64,000 nt of DNA. It comes from Candidatus Beckwithbacteria bacterium CG10_big_fil_rev_8_21_14_0_10_34_10 (lineage in GTDB: Bacteria > Patescibacteriota > Microgenomatia > UBA1400). The DNA is taken from positions 11,655-75,654 of the forward strand of contig PEZT01000016.1 of the NCBI GenBank assembly GCA_002773945.1, given 5' to 3'. The notes under the pieces are model-generated. The model saw only the letters and a program-made list of their open reading frames with translations. It did not search any database and had not been told where the DNA came from. Within the stretch, counting starts at the first letter, position 1. Each line of letters opens with the position of its first letter. A program made the translations under genes and the position numbers. Below, piece after piece: positions 26,348-36,918 of the stretch.

Positions 26348-27568
26348 TTAAGCTTTTTTTCCAAGCCTTTGATAAACTTTGTCTAGGTTTGCTGAAATTA
26401 AATCCCAGCTGTATTTATCTTCAATCATTTTGTAGGCTGAGCTGACAAGCCTTTGTCCAAGTTCAGGTGTTTTTAAAAGCCTAACCGTTAATTCTGCCAG
26501 GTTCTTGGCTCCGTTACCAACTAATACCTCACTTTCAGTTTTTGCCTCTATTCCTTCTATTCCTAAAGGAGTGGTAACCACTGGTAATTTGGTCGCCATT
26601 GCTTCTAAAACCTTGTACTTGGTTCCCCTGCCATTTCTAATTGGGGCCAATAAAACTGAGGCTTCGCCAAAAGCAACCCTTATATCTTTAACATGGCTAT
26701 CAACCAAAACGTCTTTTTTACCTCCTAAACTTAATATTTCCGGGGTAGGGTTTTTACCCACAATCCAAAGCTTTGCCTGAGGAATCTTCTTTTTAATTAA
26801 GGGCCAAATTTCAAAAGTTAAAAACTTAGCTGCGTCTTTGTTGGGTAACCATTTAAAGTTACCGACAAATAAAACTGTGGGAACCTTTGGTTTTTTCATC
26901 TTCGCCTGATTAAAAAATTCTATATCGACTCCATTAGCCACCACATCAATATTTTTTTTGGGAGCCACTTTCGCCATAATTTTTTTGTCTTCTCCTGACA
27001 TGGCCGCTAAACTGCTTGCTTGACGCCAAAAAAATTCTTCCCAGAATTTTAACTTTAAAACATCAAAATATAAAAATGGTTTTAAAAATTTAAATTTAAA
27101 ATTGTCAACATACTTTTTATATACCAAATATTCTATTGTCTGTTCAACTAAAAGAATGGGAATTTTAGTTAAGGGAATATTAGGAGTCATATAAAAAGGC
27201 TCAGCGTGAATTAAATCATAATTACCAGTTCTTAATTCTTGGCTAATCGCTTTTCTGGCTTTTAAAGATAAATAGGTAGAAATCATCACAAAAGGAAAGG
27301 GAGAAAAACCTGCAATTAAAACATTTTTGAAAGACCAAGCGGGCCGACGTTTAAAAACTTTTACTTTATAACAAAACTTTTCCAACTCCTTAATATGAAT
27401 TTTCTCTCCATCTTTCCTAATAAAAGAAAACAGGGTAATTTCATATTTATCCTTAAGTTTTTTTAAAAGATTATATGTTCTTATCTGGCCTCCTGACAAA
27501 AGAGGGTAAGGAAGATAAGGGGTAAGCATTAATATTTTCATTGTATGTATTTTTTTTAGTATGACCAA
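26348..27568 (-). CDS. glycosyltransferase family 4
   Basis: LLAPIRNGRGTKYKVLEAMATKLPVVTTPLGIEGI. Confidence 0.7.
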   Translation of the reverse strand: MVILKKIHTMKILMLTPYLPYPLLSGGQIRTYNLLKKLKDKYEITLFSFIRKDGEKIHIKELEKFCYKVKVFKRRPAWSFKNVLIAGFSPFPFVMISTYLSLKARKAISQELRTGNYDLIHAEPFYMTPNIPLTKIPILLVEQTIEYLVYKKYVDNFKFKFLKPFLYFDVLKLKFWEEFFWRQASSLAAMSGEDKKIMAKVAPKKNIDVVANGVDIEFFNQAKMKKPKVPTVLFVGNFKWLPNKDAAKFLTFEIWPLIKKKIPQAKLWIVGKNPTPEILSLGGKKDVLVDSHVKDIRVAFGEASVLLAPIRNGRGTKYKVLEAMATKLPVVTTPLGIEGIEAKTESEVLVGNGAKNLAELTVRLLKTPELGQRLVSSAYKMIEDKYSWDLISANLDKVYQRLGKKA

Positions 27569-27595
27569 ACCCTAATATAGTTTTTAGACCAAGTT

Positions 27596-29035
27596 CTATT
27601 TAATCTTAGCAAAATCACATTCTTGAAGATCAATAATAATAAATTTTTCCGTTTCTTTTAAAACAGAACATGCGTTCTTTAAAGTATTAGTCTGATCATT
27701 AAAATCAACACTCACATAATAGGTTGCTCCCCTTAAAATATATTCTTGTAGTTCATCCTTATTTCTTAAAACAGGCCAGCCATTCCTATTGGTCTGATAC
27801 AAAAACGCCGGATCCCAATCATAAGGAGCGATTATTTTGGACTCCTGAGGTGTTAATTGATCAACTGCTTGACCAGCTTCAACAATCTCCCAGCGGTTAA
27901 TATTGAAAAAACCCCTGACTTCATACCAACCGAAAGCCAGCATTATTAAAACCAAGCTAATAGCTATTCCCCTATTAAAAAGGGTAGAAAAACCATCTTT
28001 GGCTTTCTGCCATAAAACATCAAAACCTTTAGCCATAAAAATACAGGCAACTGGAACAATCGGCATCTGGTAATAATCATGAGTTACATTGCCCATGGCA
28101 AAATAACTAATGTAAGCCGCAGCTGACAATAACCAGGTTAAATAAAAAAGACCTTCTTTGTTGTCTCTTTTACTAACTAGCCCTTGGAAAAACAAAACAA
28201 AGCCGCCGGTGGCTAAAATTAAACGATTAAGGCGGTCAAATATTATCCAGCGGAAGAAAGCACCTTTAAAACGAATGTTAGTCGAATTTATCAACCACTT
28301 AGAACCAAACATGCCTTCTGGATGTAAGTTAATATGATAACGCCATAATCCCAAAGGAATTAAACCTATTAAAGCAAGCAAATAAACATCTAATTTTTTG
28401 AATGATTTTATCCCCCACTTTTTAAAAACAAGATAAGCTATTGGAATACCAAGAAATATTGCGTAAGGCTTGGTTAGCATCGCTAAGGCTAAACTAAATC
28501 CCGAGACTAGGGCTAAACTCCTCTTTTCTTTATTAAGCCAAAGAGTAATAAGATATAAAGAAAGAACAGAAAAAAAGATAAAAGTCGGATCAGGCATTAT
28601 TACCCGGCCGTAATAAATGTTGTAGGGTAAAACTGCATAAAAAAGGGCTGATAAAAAGGCAATTAATTTTGAAGAATACTGCTTTGCCAGTAAATACAAA
28701 AAAACCACTGTCAAAGAAGAAACAAAAACACTGACTAAACGGGCTAACTTCTCCTGAACTCCAAAAGATTGGTAAAATAAAGCCACGACCGCATTGTACA
28801 AAGGAAATTCATTTAAAAAATAACGATTGGGATTATCTAAATCCTCTATTTGGGACCGAGGATAAAAAATATTAAAATCTTCCGTGGCAAAATTACGCGC
28901 TACTGCCGCTGTATCTGCCTGTCTCCAAGAATGCCAATCAGCTACCGGATTATCAATCTTGTAAGTTCTTAAAAAAAAGGCAGTTATAAAAATAGAAATT
29001 AAAAAAATTATTTCCTTTATTTCCGATTTTTTCAT
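27596..29035 (-). CDS. polytopic GT-C-fold glycosyltransferase (PMT/ArnT-like, family 39/83-type)
   Basis: About 11 predicted TM helices; first loop ...NPVADWHSWRQADTAAVARNF...; 479 aa. Confidence 0.55.
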   Translation of the reverse strand: MKKSEIKEIIFLISIFITAFFLRTYKIDNPVADWHSWRQADTAAVARNFATEDFNIFYPRSQIEDLDNPNRYFLNEFPLYNAVVALFYQSFGVQEKLARLVSVFVSSLTVVFLYLLAKQYSSKLIAFLSALFYAVLPYNIYYGRVIMPDPTFIFFSVLSLYLITLWLNKEKRSLALVSGFSLALAMLTKPYAIFLGIPIAYLVFKKWGIKSFKKLDVYLLALIGLIPLGLWRYHINLHPEGMFGSKWLINSTNIRFKGAFFRWIIFDRLNRLILATGGFVLFFQGLVSKRDNKEGLFYLTWLLSAAAYISYFAMGNVTHDYYQMPIVPVACIFMAKGFDVLWQKAKDGFSTLFNRGIAISLVLIMLAFGWYEVRGFFNINRWEIVEAGQAVDQLTPQESKIIAPYDWDPAFLYQTNRNGWPVLRNKDELQEYILRGATYYVSVDFNDQTNTLKNACSVLKETEKFIIIDLQECDFAKIK

Positions 29036-30663
29036 TTCTTGTTCTTAATACCTTTTTTTTGACTAAATAATCTTTGCTCTGATTCAGGTACCATAGCTAA
29101 TAATACCCCTGCTAAAGCCCAAAAAATAAAAGCCACCTTTGAAGCTTCGAATACATCAATATAAATAGCATTAATCAAAAGTCCAATTGTGAAAGCAATA
29201 AAACCAACAATAAAAGCCAAAATCAATGGCTCAACTTTTTGTTTTAACATTTTAATTGAAGTCATAATTGTTAATCCTATTATTCCAAAAAAAGTAATAA
29301 ATCCTAATAAACCAGTTTCTCCCAAAGCCCTTAAATAACCATTATCTGTTGATTCAGCTTCAGTAAATTGGCCAACTGAGGTTTTGCTAAGAGTCGAATA
29401 GCCAGATCCAAGTAAAGGATTTCTTTTAAATCCCTGAATTGCCCAGGGCCATAAAGCATCAAGCCTTATAGCGGCTGACAAACCATATTTGTAGGCATTA
29501 TCAGAAAAATCTCTTTTAACTGGCCTTAGAATTGCTGCCATGGTTGCTCCTAGCTCACCTGAAAGAGTGGCTGAAGCAGTGGCATCAAGCTCATAATCAG
29601 GAATATCTTCATAGACGCCCGGAGGTAAACCACTAGGCTTTTCAGTTACTGGACGTTCATCAGTTTTATCCAAAATTAAAGACAAATTCTCATCTAAAGC
29701 CAAATAATCTCCCTTTTGAGGCGGGGGTTTAAATGGGCTAACTAATCTTTCCAACTGCCATTTATTTTTTAAATCAGCTAATTTTAAAAGGTGGGCAAAT
29801 CGATCTGATAAATCACCAAAAAAAATCATAATTAAAAAACTGAAAATAAAAACTCCTGAAAAGCGGGGCAAGCTCCAGCGCCAGCCTTTTTTAAAAGCAA
29901 AAATTATGAAAAGAATTGTCATCCCACCTATATAGGCTAAAAATGATGTTCTAGAGGCAGAAAGAATCATTAACCAGTAGCCCAGAATGAAGGAACTAAA
30001 AAATAGGGCTTTAAGGCTCTTTTTTTTAGTAATAAAACCTAAAGATAAAGACAAAATCAAACTAATAACCAAGAAAGCAGCTAAATCATAATGCCCGCCG
30101 AAAGTAGAGGGGACTCGAGCATGCTCAGTTAAATACAGCTTGATCCCTTTAGAAAACTCCCGGTTCATAGTTGAATAAACAGGCCAGTAATAATATTTTT
30201 GGCCATAACCATAAATAGATACTAAAACCGTTACTACTGAGGTCAAAATTAAAAGAAGCTTGACTGACTTAAAGTTTTTAATCCCATTATAAAAGATATA
30301 AAAAATACTAAAATACTCTATTCTTCTCATCCAATGAAGCAGGGCTTTTACAATATGGATCTGATCGTAAGGAATAGTTTTTGTAATATAAATGGCTGAA
30401 ACAACCGAAAGAAAACCAATACATATATAAGCCACCATTGGCCAAAATATTATCGATTTAAAACTAGCTTTTTTTCTTATTGCCTGAATTAAAAAAACTA
30501 AGAAAGCTACTAAAACAAAAAAATCTTCTATTCTAACCCTCACAATATAACCGGGAATTGCTTCTAAAAGAGGAATTTTGGGATATAAAGGAATAAAAAC
30601 AAGTAAAAAAAAGCTGAAAACAGTCAGAATATTGCTGTCAAACCACTTTAAAAGCTTTTTCAT
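29032..30663 (-). CDS. Wzy_C-family membrane protein (O-antigen ligase / polymerase / O-oligosaccharyltransferase-type)
   Basis: About 10 TM helices, LSASRTSFLAYIGG loop motif, large periplasmic loop, and ...DNGYLRALGETGLLGF (WaaL/PglL-type HN..L....G..G region). Confidence 0.6.
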   Translation of the reverse strand: MKKLLKWFDSNILTVFSFFLLVFIPLYPKIPLLEAIPGYIVRVRIEDFFVLVAFLVFLIQAIRKKASFKSIIFWPMVAYICIGFLSVVSAIYITKTIPYDQIHIVKALLHWMRRIEYFSIFYIFYNGIKNFKSVKLLLILTSVVTVLVSIYGYGQKYYYWPVYSTMNREFSKGIKLYLTEHARVPSTFGGHYDLAAFLVISLILSLSLGFITKKKSLKALFFSSFILGYWLMILSASRTSFLAYIGGMTILFIIFAFKKGWRWSLPRFSGVFIFSFLIMIFFGDLSDRFAHLLKLADLKNKWQLERLVSPFKPPPQKGDYLALDENLSLILDKTDERPVTEKPSGLPPGVYEDIPDYELDATASATLSGELGATMAAILRPVKRDFSDNAYKYGLSAAIRLDALWPWAIQGFKRNPLLGSGYSTLSKTSVGQFTEAESTDNGYLRALGETGLLGFITFFGIIGLTIMTSIKMLKQKVEPLILAFIVGFIAFTIGLLINAIYIDVFEASKVAFIFWALAGVLLAMVPESEQRLFSQKKGIKNKK

Positions 30664-31549
30664 AAACCTTTCTCCTATTTTGATCTTTCTCTAGTATACC
30701 AAATAATACAATTCTTGTAAGAGCCCCTATTTTAAGCAAAACCTTTAAAATTGGCAACTCCCATAGGGGTCTAAGCTTTTGATAAAACTTTATCAAGCCC
30801 TGATATTCACCTAAAACAGCCCTTTCAAATCCCTGGGGATCATTGCCGCCTTTATAATGAATTACTTTGGCTTGAGGATAAAACCAAATCTTAAAACCAA
30901 TCTTTTTAGCCCTGAAACACAAATCCACTTCCTCACTATACATAAAAAAGCTTTCATCAAAACCTTTAATTTCACTTAAAACATTTTTTTTAAACATAAT
31001 AAAAGCACCTGTCACCCAATCTAAAGATCTAGTTTTTTTATAAAATCCCCTTCTGTTTTCTTGATAAGATTTTAATAGGGTATTTATAATTGGCAAATCA
31101 TCAATAAAAAACATTTGGTAAAAAACCCGTCTTAATTTGGGAAAGTAGCCACCTGAAGACTGAATGGTACCATCAGCATTTTTAAGCTGGCAGCCTAAAA
31201 TATCAACCCCGGCCCTGCTTTTCATAAAATCAAGGGATTTTTCAATCGCTTTATCTAAAATAAGGGTATCGGAATTTAAAAATAAAATATATTCGCCTTG
31301 GGCAATTTTAATTCCCTCATTATTGGCCTTGGCATAACCTTGGTTTTCTTTATTCTCAACTGTTTTTACCTGAGGAAACTTTTCCTTGATTTTTTTTACG
31401 GTTTTATCCAAAGAAGCATTATCAACTACAATAACTTCAAACCTTGTTTTTTTTGTTTCTTTAAAAATAGATTCTAAACAAGCAAGGGTCAGCTTTTCAG
31501 TATTGAAACTGGGAATAATAATAGAAAGTTCTATTTTTGATTGAGTCAC
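30638..31549 (-). CDS. glycosyltransferase family 2
   Basis: LSIIIPSFNTEKL...VVDNASLDKT...NQGYAKANNEGI...FLNSDT. Confidence 0.75.
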   Translation of the reverse strand: MTQSKIELSIIIPSFNTEKLTLACLESIFKETKKTRFEVIVVDNASLDKTVKKIKEKFPQVKTVENKENQGYAKANNEGIKIAQGEYILFLNSDTLILDKAIEKSLDFMKSRAGVDILGCQLKNADGTIQSSGGYFPKLRRVFYQMFFIDDLPIINTLLKSYQENRRGFYKKTRSLDWVTGAFIMFKKNVLSEIKGFDESFFMYSEEVDLCFRAKKIGFKIWFYPQAKVIHYKGGNDPQGFERAVLGEYQGLIKFYQKLRPLWELPILKVLLKIGALTRIVLFGILEKDQNRRKVYEKAFKVV

Positions 31550-31553
31550 TTTT

Positions 31554-32147
31554 TTATTGAAAAAGCCTAGCCCTGCCCAAGCGATATTTTAATTTACTGA
31601 CGCCTCTTTTTTTAATTTCTCTGGCTGGAACACCACCAACAACTGTCATTTCTGGAATATCTTTGGTTACTACTGCCCCAGAACCAACCACTGCTCCTCT
31701 ACCAATTTTAACTCCTGGCAAAATAATTACCCTAGCACCTATAAAACAATAATCGCCAATCTCAACCGGCTTTTCTACTGGTTTAAAATCATCAGAATGA
31801 ACATCATGCTGACTGTTGTAAATTAAAACCTGAGAAGCAATGGCCACATGATCACCAATCTTTAAAGAATCTCTGCCATCTAAAAAGCAATGATCGCCAA
31901 TAATCGTATCTTTACCAATAGAAATATTCTTGGGTTGAAAAAATCTAGCCCCCATATGAATAGTTGAACCCTTGCCAATTTTAATGCCGCTTAAGCGGTA
32001 ACAAAAATTGCGAAAACAGTGAAAGGGAACATAACCAACTAAACCTAAAAGCATGACTTTAAAATCAAGGTAATAGCTATAAAAACGGTTAAAAACCTTT
32101 TTAGATATCTCTTCTGATGATAATATATTTCCCATTTTATCTTTCAT
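31554..32147 (-). CDS. hexapeptide-repeat sugar O-/N-acetyltransferase (LbH)
   Basis: IGDHCFLDGRDSLKIGDHVAIASQVLIYN...IGDYCFIGARVIILPGVKIGRGAVVGSGAVV. Confidence 0.75.
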   Translation of the reverse strand: MKDKMGNILSSEEISKKVFNRFYSYYLDFKVMLLGLVGYVPFHCFRNFCYRLSGIKIGKGSTIHMGARFFQPKNISIGKDTIIGDHCFLDGRDSLKIGDHVAIASQVLIYNSQHDVHSDDFKPVEKPVEIGDYCFIGARVIILPGVKIGRGAVVGSGAVVTKDIPEMTVVGGVPAREIKKRGVSKLKYRLGRARLFQ

Positions 32148-32152
32148 AATTT

Positions 32153-32380
32153 TTACAGATAATTCCTTCTTACTAAAACTCCATTCTCAAACCATAAAAT
32201 TCTTAGCGGCTGGCTTTCAACTGGTGTTCTTTCTAACTCACCACCAGGGCTATTTCTTTCTTCTGAATAACGAGGTTTTCCTTGTAATTCTCTTAAGTCT
32301 CTTAAATTTTCTACAATTAATCTTACATTATCCATCCCTGGGCTTAAACCGACTTGGTTAACTTGAGGTTCTACTGGCAT
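32153..32380 (-). CDS. small hypothetical protein (75 aa, Arg/Glu-rich)
   Basis: Fills the 210-nt gap between the acetyltransferase and the upstream GT4; GGAG RBS (AAAGGAGCTTAAATATG); overlaps the GT4 stop by 22 nt; no family recognised. Confidence 0.3.
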   Translation of the reverse strand: MPVEPQVNQVGLSPGMDNVRLIVENLRDLRELQGKPRYSEERNSPGGELERTPVESQPLRILWFENGVLVRRNYL

Positions 32381-33506
32381 ATTTAAGCTCCTTTAATACT
32401 TTCTGGGCTGATTTTTCCCAGGAAAACTTTTTAATTTGTTCAAAGCCTAATTTTATTAGCTTTTCTCTTTCGTTTAAATTTAATTCTACCATTTTTTCTA
32501 AGGCTTGATAAATACAATCAACTGATTCAGGGTTATTAATATATAAAGCCGCCTCTCCCCCAACTTCCGGCAGGGAAGAGGTATTGGATATTATCACCGG
32601 ACAGCCTAATTGCATTGCTTCTAAAACAGGAATCCCAAAACCTTCATATAATGAAGGTAAAACTAAACTCTGGCTGTTTTTCAAAAGGACATTTTTCTCT
32701 CCTTTAGAAATATAGTCTGTAAAAACAATCTTATCTTTTAAATTTAACTCCCCTACTTTCTTAAAAATATCATCATAAAGCCAACCCTTTTTACCCGCTA
32801 CAACCAGTTGATAATTAGAATATTTTAAACTTAGCTTTTTAAAAGCTTCAATTAGTTTTAAAAGATTTTTTCTAGGTTGAAGGGTACCTAAGTAAAAAAA
32901 GTATTTACCCTGAAGTTTATATTTACTCTTTAAAGATTTAAAGCTTTCTTGTTTTTCTTCTTTAAGTTTTGTTGTTCCCGGATAAACAACCGTAATTTTT
33001 CCGGATGGATAATTATATAAATTTACTATTTCTTTTTTACTAAACTCAGAAATGGCAATAATATGAGCCGCTTTTTTAACTGAGTCTTTAGTCCATTTTA
33101 TTAGTTTATAAAGGTCTTTTTTTCTAAATTGGTCAGGAAAACGCAGGAAAGCCAAGTCCATAATTGCCATTACTAAAGGAGCTGGACAAATTAAAGGACT
33201 GTAATGACCAGGGGTAAAAAAAACATCAATATTTTTCTTATTAAGAACTAACTCTAAAGGCAAACGCCATCTAGTCCATAGTATTTTAGGTTTTAAAACT
33301 CGATACTGCCACCAATCAGTCTTTGCGGGTAAATCAGAAAGCGGTTGATCTTTTAAATAAACTATACATTTAAAATCAGGCTTATTTCCTTTTAATCTTA
33401 AATCCTTTATTTCCTTAAAAAGGTGGATTAAAAGTTTAAAAGCATACTCATTACTGCCTACCCTATTTTCAATATTAGCTTCATTGCCATCAATAGCAAT
33501 CATCAT
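32358..33506 (-). CDS. glycosyltransferase family 4
   Basis: [43 protein letters not shown]. Confidence 0.75.
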   Translation of the reverse strand: [382 protein letters not shown]

Positions 33507-34630
33507 TATATACTCCTGTATATTTTAAGAGTTTGTTCGGCTGTTTTTTCCCAGGAAAATTTATTTATTTGCTTAAATCCGCTTTTAATTAATTCTTCTT
33601 TTTTTGTTTTGTCTTCTAATATTCTTTTTATTCCTCTTTTTATATCTTCCGCTTTATGGGGATTAACTAAAATTCCTGCTTCTCCAGTTACTTCAGGCAA
33701 TGAGGAAGTATTGGCAGCCACTACTGGACAACCAACACTCATCGCTTCTAGAAGAGATAAACCAAAACCCTCATAAAAAGAAGGAAAAACCGCTCCTAAA
33801 GATTTTTGATATAAGGCTTTAAGCTGGCCAGCAGAAAGGTAATCTAAAACAATTATTTTGTCTTTTTTATTTGACTGTTTAATAATTGAGCTTTGTTTTT
33901 CTTTAGCCCAAAGCGGCTGGCCAAATAAAACTAAAAATAAATCATTATCTTCAATTTTTTCAAAGGCCTTAACTAAATTCTTAAGATTTTTTCTCGGGTT
34001 TTTAATGGCATCAGAAACAATAAATTTTTTAAGATTAAGTTTTTTTACAAAGTCTAAATCAGCTTTGGCCTTTAAAAAGTTGTTATTAAGACCTTCATAA
34101 ATAACTCTTATTCTTTTTTCCTTAATCCCTAGTCTTTTAATCAAATCTTTTTTAGTATTCTTGGAAACAGCAATTATAATATTACTTTCTTTCTTAACTA
34201 ACTTAAGCTTTCTTTTAAAAACTTTAACAATTTTTGGGTGATGAAGCTTGGAGTAAATCAAAGGGGCTAAATCGTGAACAGTTGTTATTTTAAAAGCCTT
34301 GCTTTTAGGTTCTGTCCAGTCGCTTGAGTGAAAAACATCAGCTTTTTCAGTAAAAACCTCAATTGGTAATCTTAAACGGTTAAAAAGAATTTCCCCCAAA
34401 CTTACAGGAAGAGAATAAAACTTTTTTTCTAAATTACTTCTATTTATATTTTCATTATTTAAAAGCTTTCTATAAAAATCCTCAAAGATATTTTTATTTC
34501 TAAGCGATAAGCCAAAAAGACAATAGGTTGAAGATTTATCAATTTTTAAAAGATTTAAAACTAGATTCCTGGTATATACCCCCACTCCACCAGGATAAGC
34601 AATTTGAGAAATATCAATTACTACTCTCAT
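33506..34630 (-). CDS. glycosyltransferase family 4
   Basis: [43 protein letters not shown]. Confidence 0.75.
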   Translation of the reverse strand: [374 protein letters not shown]

Positions 34631-34638
34631 TTATCTAA

Positions 34639-36054
34639 TTATACCTTGAAAGCCAGCATTTTTTCCCATTTTTCTAAAGTTACCCCATTAAAATGCCTTT
34701 CAAAAACCCTAATAAAACCATTATTCTTTAAAAAAAGTCGGGTTTCATCCTGGGGATCAAAAATGGGCTGAGCATAGGGAATTAACCAAACTGAATCAAA
34801 ATTAACCACTGCTTCTTTTTGAAAAATATAGACCTTGGAGCTTTCTCCCTTATCATAGTATTCAAAAGGAGCAGTTACATTTTGAAAAATTAAAACCGGT
34901 TCTTTTAATATATTTTCTTGATGAAGCTGAGTTACTGCCTGCTTCCAATCTTCCCTATGATTTATGGGATTAAAAAGATATTTAAAACAGAAAAACAAGT
35001 TAATAAACAAAGCCATCCCTAAAAATACCCTGGGCTGCCTTGTTCTGGTAATTCCCCGGGCTAATAAAAGGTATAAAGCTGGCAAACAGAATAAAAATCT
35101 AAAATAAGATAAAATTGGCAGCTTGATACTAACAATTATTCCCAAAACAATAGGAACAATTAACCAAAAGAAAAACAAGCTTAGTCCTTTTTCATATGCT
35201 TTTAAAATTAAATAGCCAAAAAACAAAAATGAAATAAAGGCAATGAAGCCATATAAAACCTTATTATCAAAAGAAACCCTACCCATGATAAATTTAACCG
35301 GTAATAAACCAATATTTTTAAAACTTAAATTGCCAAGAGTCTGACTCCACACAGAACTTTCCCCAGCTACTTTATTACCAATCTTAAGTTGTTTTAATAA
35401 AATAGGCAGCCAAGGCAAATATAAAATCAGTAAAATAAAATTAACCAAAAAGAAATTAACCAAGTCTTTCTTTTTTAACTTTAGGGTTAAAAAATAAAAC
35501 CATTGCGCTGGTAAAAGAAAAAAACTTAAATAGTGAGAATAGATCATAAACAAAGTTGTCAAAATATATAAAAAAGCATTGCTAAAACTTCTTTTTTTTA
35601 CTAGTTTTGCGAAATAATAAATTGAAAGAATAACTAACAAACTGGTTAGCACATATGTTCTGGCTTCTTGAGAATAATACAAGTAAAGGGGTGATGTTCC
35701 TAACAACAAAAGGCTAAAAACAGCACCTTTTTTATCATGATAATAAAGCTTAAATAGTTTATAAGCATAAAAACAGCTCAAAATTGAAAAAATAATACTA
35801 GGCAGTCTTAAGAAAAACTCTGTGGCCGGAAAAATCTTTAACCAAAAATGTAATATCAAATAGTATAAGGGCGGATAAAAATCTTTAGGTAAAAAATTAA
35901 ATAAAAGCTCTTTTAAGGGATATTTGGTGGCGACTTCAAAAGAAAATGCTTCATCTAGCCATAAAGACTGACTAATACTAACAAAGCGAAGCAATAAAAC
36001 AAAAAGAAAAATTAGAAAAATACTAATTTTCTTGTTTTTAAATAGTCTAAGCAT
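34639..36054 (-). CDS. polytopic GT-C-fold glycosyltransferase (PMT/ArnT-like)
   Basis: SQSLWLDEAFSF (first-loop DE motif), YYSQEARTYV, more than 10 TM helices, 471 aa. Confidence 0.55.
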   Translation of the reverse strand: MLRLFKNKKISIFLIFLFVLLLRFVSISQSLWLDEAFSFEVATKYPLKELLFNFLPKDFYPPLYYLILHFWLKIFPATEFFLRLPSIIFSILSCFYAYKLFKLYYHDKKGAVFSLLLLGTSPLYLYYSQEARTYVLTSLLVILSIYYFAKLVKKRSFSNAFLYILTTLFMIYSHYLSFFLLPAQWFYFLTLKLKKKDLVNFFLVNFILLILYLPWLPILLKQLKIGNKVAGESSVWSQTLGNLSFKNIGLLPVKFIMGRVSFDNKVLYGFIAFISFLFFGYLILKAYEKGLSLFFFWLIVPIVLGIIVSIKLPILSYFRFLFCLPALYLLLARGITRTRQPRVFLGMALFINLFFCFKYLFNPINHREDWKQAVTQLHQENILKEPVLIFQNVTAPFEYYDKGESSKVYIFQKEAVVNFDSVWLIPYAQPIFDPQDETRLFLKNNGFIRVFERHFNGVTLEKWEKMLAFKV

Positions 36055-36880
36055 GTTTTTTCTTTTCTAATAAACCCAATGATAACCCAAAATCGTAAAC
36101 TAACTTAAAAACTAAAAATCCAGGCTCTTTTTTAATTAAAGCAGTTTTTAAACCACTAATTAAAGAAAAAATGGGATTAGCTCTTAATAAGGCAATTCCC
36201 TTTCCCAATCCTCCCAACTTATATTTTCTTTTAGCTACCCATTTAGATTGATTGAAAATCTCCTTTAAGCTAGAAGGGTTGAAATGGTAATATTTAGCCT
36301 TAGTTGCCTGGGGTTTATATTTTAATTTTTCTGACAATGTCCAAGTATCAGTATAGCCAATATCTTCAAAGCCACCAACTTTATCAAACTCCTTTTTTAA
36401 TATTGCTCGGAAGTCTTTAGCCTGATTAATATTCTGAGGATTAATTCTTCTTTTATCAGGTAAGTTCCAGTTATAATTCCATGCCCGGGCCCAGCAATTA
36501 TTCCAATTAGCTACATATTCTTCAGTTGAAAAAGTACCTTTAGCTTTCCCTTTTTCGATTGGAGAAATTAATTGTTTTAAAAAATCTTTGTCAAAAAACA
36601 TATCTCCATCAAGAAAAACCAAGATATCACCTTTTGATTTAGTAACCGCTAGATTCCTAGCTTTAGCCGGCCCTTGATGATCTTTTTTTAAGATTTTCAA
36701 TTTTAGGCTATTATTGTCTTTTGTTTTAAATTCGGCTAATACCTCCCGGGTTTTATCAGTTGAACCATCATCAATAACAATCACTTCAAAATTTTTAAAA
36801 GATTGCTCTTTTAAGCTGCTTAAACATTTTTCAATGTGTTTTTCTTCGTTATAAATAGTGATGATTACACTTATTTTCAT
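36047..36880 (-). CDS. glycosyltransferase family 2
   Basis: KISVIITIYNEEKHIEKCL...VIVIDDGSTDKT...LDGDMFF. Confidence 0.75.
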   Translation of the reverse strand: MKISVIITIYNEEKHIEKCLSSLKEQSFKNFEVIVIDDGSTDKTREVLAEFKTKDNNSLKLKILKKDHQGPAKARNLAVTKSKGDILVFLDGDMFFDKDFLKQLISPIEKGKAKGTFSTEEYVANWNNCWARAWNYNWNLPDKRRINPQNINQAKDFRAILKKEFDKVGGFEDIGYTDTWTLSEKLKYKPQATKAKYYHFNPSSLKEIFNQSKWVAKRKYKLGGLGKGIALLRANPIFSLISGLKTALIKKEPGFLVFKLVYDFGLSLGLLEKKKHA

Positions 36881-36890
36881 TTAGATATTA

Positions 36891-36906
36891 AAAATATTAA
36901 TATTTT
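36891..36906. repeat. 16-bp perfect palindrome in the 38-bp spacer upstream of the GT2 gene at 36880
   Basis: AAAATATTAATATTTT read directly; all A/T. Confidence 0.3.
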
Positions 36907-36918
36907 ATTCCATCTAGA

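Noticed and set aside
36891-36906. 16-bp palindrome AAAATATTAATATTTT as a specific operator.
   Set aside because: It is recorded as a low-confidence feature only. It is all-A/T in a genome of about one third GC, so palindromes of this length arise by chance. There is no second copy in the window.
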